DNA of 63,635 nucleotides, the filler included, from Asterionella formosa (Eukaryota): NCBI GenBank assembly GCA_002256025.1. It is 5 parts of 5 records of this genome, joined end to end, with 100 filler letters (N's around TTAATTAATTAA, not from the genome) between each part and the next. Parts side by side here need not be neighbours in the genome. Positions count along the whole stretch, not along the records: positions 50,991 to 63,635 come from NKIB01007331.1; 4 more parts are not named here. One strand, given 5' to 3'. The notes below the pieces were generated by a model. The model was given only the letters and a program-made list of their open reading frames with translations. It was not told where the DNA came from and did no database searches. Made by a program: the position numbers and the translations under genes. Positions 61,901 through 63,635 of the stretch are shown here, one piece after another; position 1 is the stretch's first letter; every line of letters begins with the position of its first letter.

Positions 61901-63233
61901 TGCTGCTTCCCCAATATGTTTGTATTTAGCGTGAGCTTCATTAATGTCCATACTGGTCGATTTCGTTGTGATGACCTCTGCAGATAAGATATCACTCCCA
62001 CCTGGGTAAATTCCACGAGTTCCTTGGAAATAGTACAAAACATCCGAATGATCACATCATTTGAAATCTAGCATCTCAGTTTTTCCCGCTTTTGTCAAAG
62101 TCATTTTGTTGTGCTTCATACTTAGTTCGTATTTACCATCACGTAAAAAAGTACCAATGCTGATAATATTTTTATGAAAGGTAGGTGTATATATGACATT
62201 CTTAAGCAAGAGAGTCTCATTGGTCACTTTGTTTTGCACGCAGACATCTCCGCCTTCCTTGCAAATGAATTCTTTACCATCGCCTATAACAACGCGTACA
62301 TTTACTGCTTTCACATTTGTCATATAATTATTGCACATAGTAATATGACTGGTTGCGCCTGTATCAGCTAACCAACGTTCATTTTCCTCGCTTGATGCGC
62401 AAATTTTACTCTCACTGTTTTTGATGCTTGCAGATTGTGCTTGATTGATCTCTTTTTCTGTTTCTTCGCATGTAATGTAGACCTTTGTGTCTTCAACATA
62501 TTCATAGTCAAAAAACGTCTTGTTGTTTGTAGTCAAGTCAATTATTTCAAAATCATCATCTGTATCAGACTTTTCATCATGAATTTCGATCGTTTCAACA
62601 ATACCAACAAACATTCCAGTTTCTTTCTTTTCCTTTGTTTTCTTTTCTTCAGGACAATCCTTAGCAATGTGACCTGCATACTTGTTGCAATTGAAACATT
62701 TGACACCTTTGCCTTTCGTTTCTTTGTTTGCGCCTGCTGTATTGTTCTTGGATCGGCAGTCGGCTGCCTTGTGTCCTTGTTTTCCACAATTCTTGCATAG
62801 TCCCTTGAATTTACCATTTGCAGACAAAGCAATCTCGTTGGTATTTAAATCCTTGAACTTTCTTTTGTAGAATGCACGAAGTTTAGATTTCAAATCTGAT
62901 AAAGTAATAGTACCCATTCCTTCAGCAACAGTAAAAATCCCAAATGCAATCCCACTGACACGAAGAATCAATAGCTGATATGCCTTGTCATTCAACTTGT
63001 ACTTCTTCTTCTCGTCATCATCAGTAGACACCAAATAGGCATCATCATTGATTGGCTTCGTGTCTTTGGCATAAAGATGCCTAAAACCTTTAGATTTCGC
63101 AAGCTGAAGAGTCTTGATACTCCACTCATGCCAAGCAGTTTCGCTTCCATCAAACTTGATCAAGCAAACAGTCTCACCTGATTTCTCATTGGCCATAACC
63201 ATTTCTCTAGACCTGTAGGTTCATTATAAAACG

Positions 63234-63610
63234 TGTTAAATTGTCTAGTTGAAATATCACAGATCTTACTTTAAAGATCACTAAAGCTGAAAACTTATTT
63301 TCACTTAACACTTTGTAATATTGTGAGCTTTCTGTTAATAGTCTATCTAGTCTTGTTCTTGCCTGATTACTCATGTAATCCTGAACAAGACTTCTCACAC
63401 TTTCCTTGATCCCATCAAAATGATCTTGCTTACTTTGACAATAAGTGAGCATCACTTATTCATTTGACAATAAGTGAGCATCTGATTCACTTGTCAATAA
63501 GTAAACATCTCCAGTCATTTGTCAATAAGTGTCGCATGTTTTGGGTCTTGGTTTCTAATCACTACTAAGAATATTGAGTCTCGACTCATTGGATTCCATA
63601 TATTTTATCA
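63234..63610 (-). repeat. 5' LTR of the Copia element
   Basis: On the minus strand TGATAAAA...TTTAACA; internal CAATAAGT repeats. Confidence 0.85.
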
Positions 63611-63635
63611 CCCTGGTACCCGGTACCCTGGTACC

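Larger units (their letters stand above)
58677..63610 (-). mobile_element. Ty1/Copia LTR retrotransposon, degenerate
   Basis: Minus-strand order: Gag (two CCHC knuckles), protease (WLADTGAT), integrase (LVVDDYT, LRCDNAGEN, PQQNGIVE), RT (IDVEAAFL, HVDN), RNase H (SSTEAEYVA, KHIDVRYHF). Many stops and frameshifts; paired LTRs; PPT AGGGAGGG at 58951-58958. Confidence 0.95.

Overview
Eukaryotic nuclear DNA, most likely from a diatom: short GT-AG introns, ASAF-like plastid presequences, frustulin domains, a diatom-type cyclin and a Ty1/Copia element. The window is not one locus. It is five scaffolds of about 12.65 kb (1-12651, 12752-25399, 25500-38145, 38246-50890, 50991-63635) joined by artificial 100-nt N/TTAATTAATTAA linkers. 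Genes: plastid TatB/Hcf106, a spliced MYB-ankyrin-HDAC fusion, a double-bZIP factor, fucokinase, a cyclin, a patatin-like lipase, a nocturnin-like phosphatase, a frustulin, an O-fucosyltransferase, an ATP-grasp ligase, Hsp101/ClpB, a THAP-like protein, DEPDC5/IML1, a lipase-3-like pseudoenzyme, a mitochondrial carrier and a candidate KNL1/Spc105. Intergenic DNA holds a degenerate Copia, solo LTRs, Harbinger- and IS630/Tc1-like remnants, two tiny MITE families with CWG target duplications and a tRNA-like sequence. The most notable signals are the MYB-ANK-HDAC single-chain repressor candidate and a highly iterated intergenic palindrome family (TACCGGTA/TACCWGGTA/GGTACC) that also flanks MITE insertions. 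All product calls come from motif recognition by eye; no searches were run.
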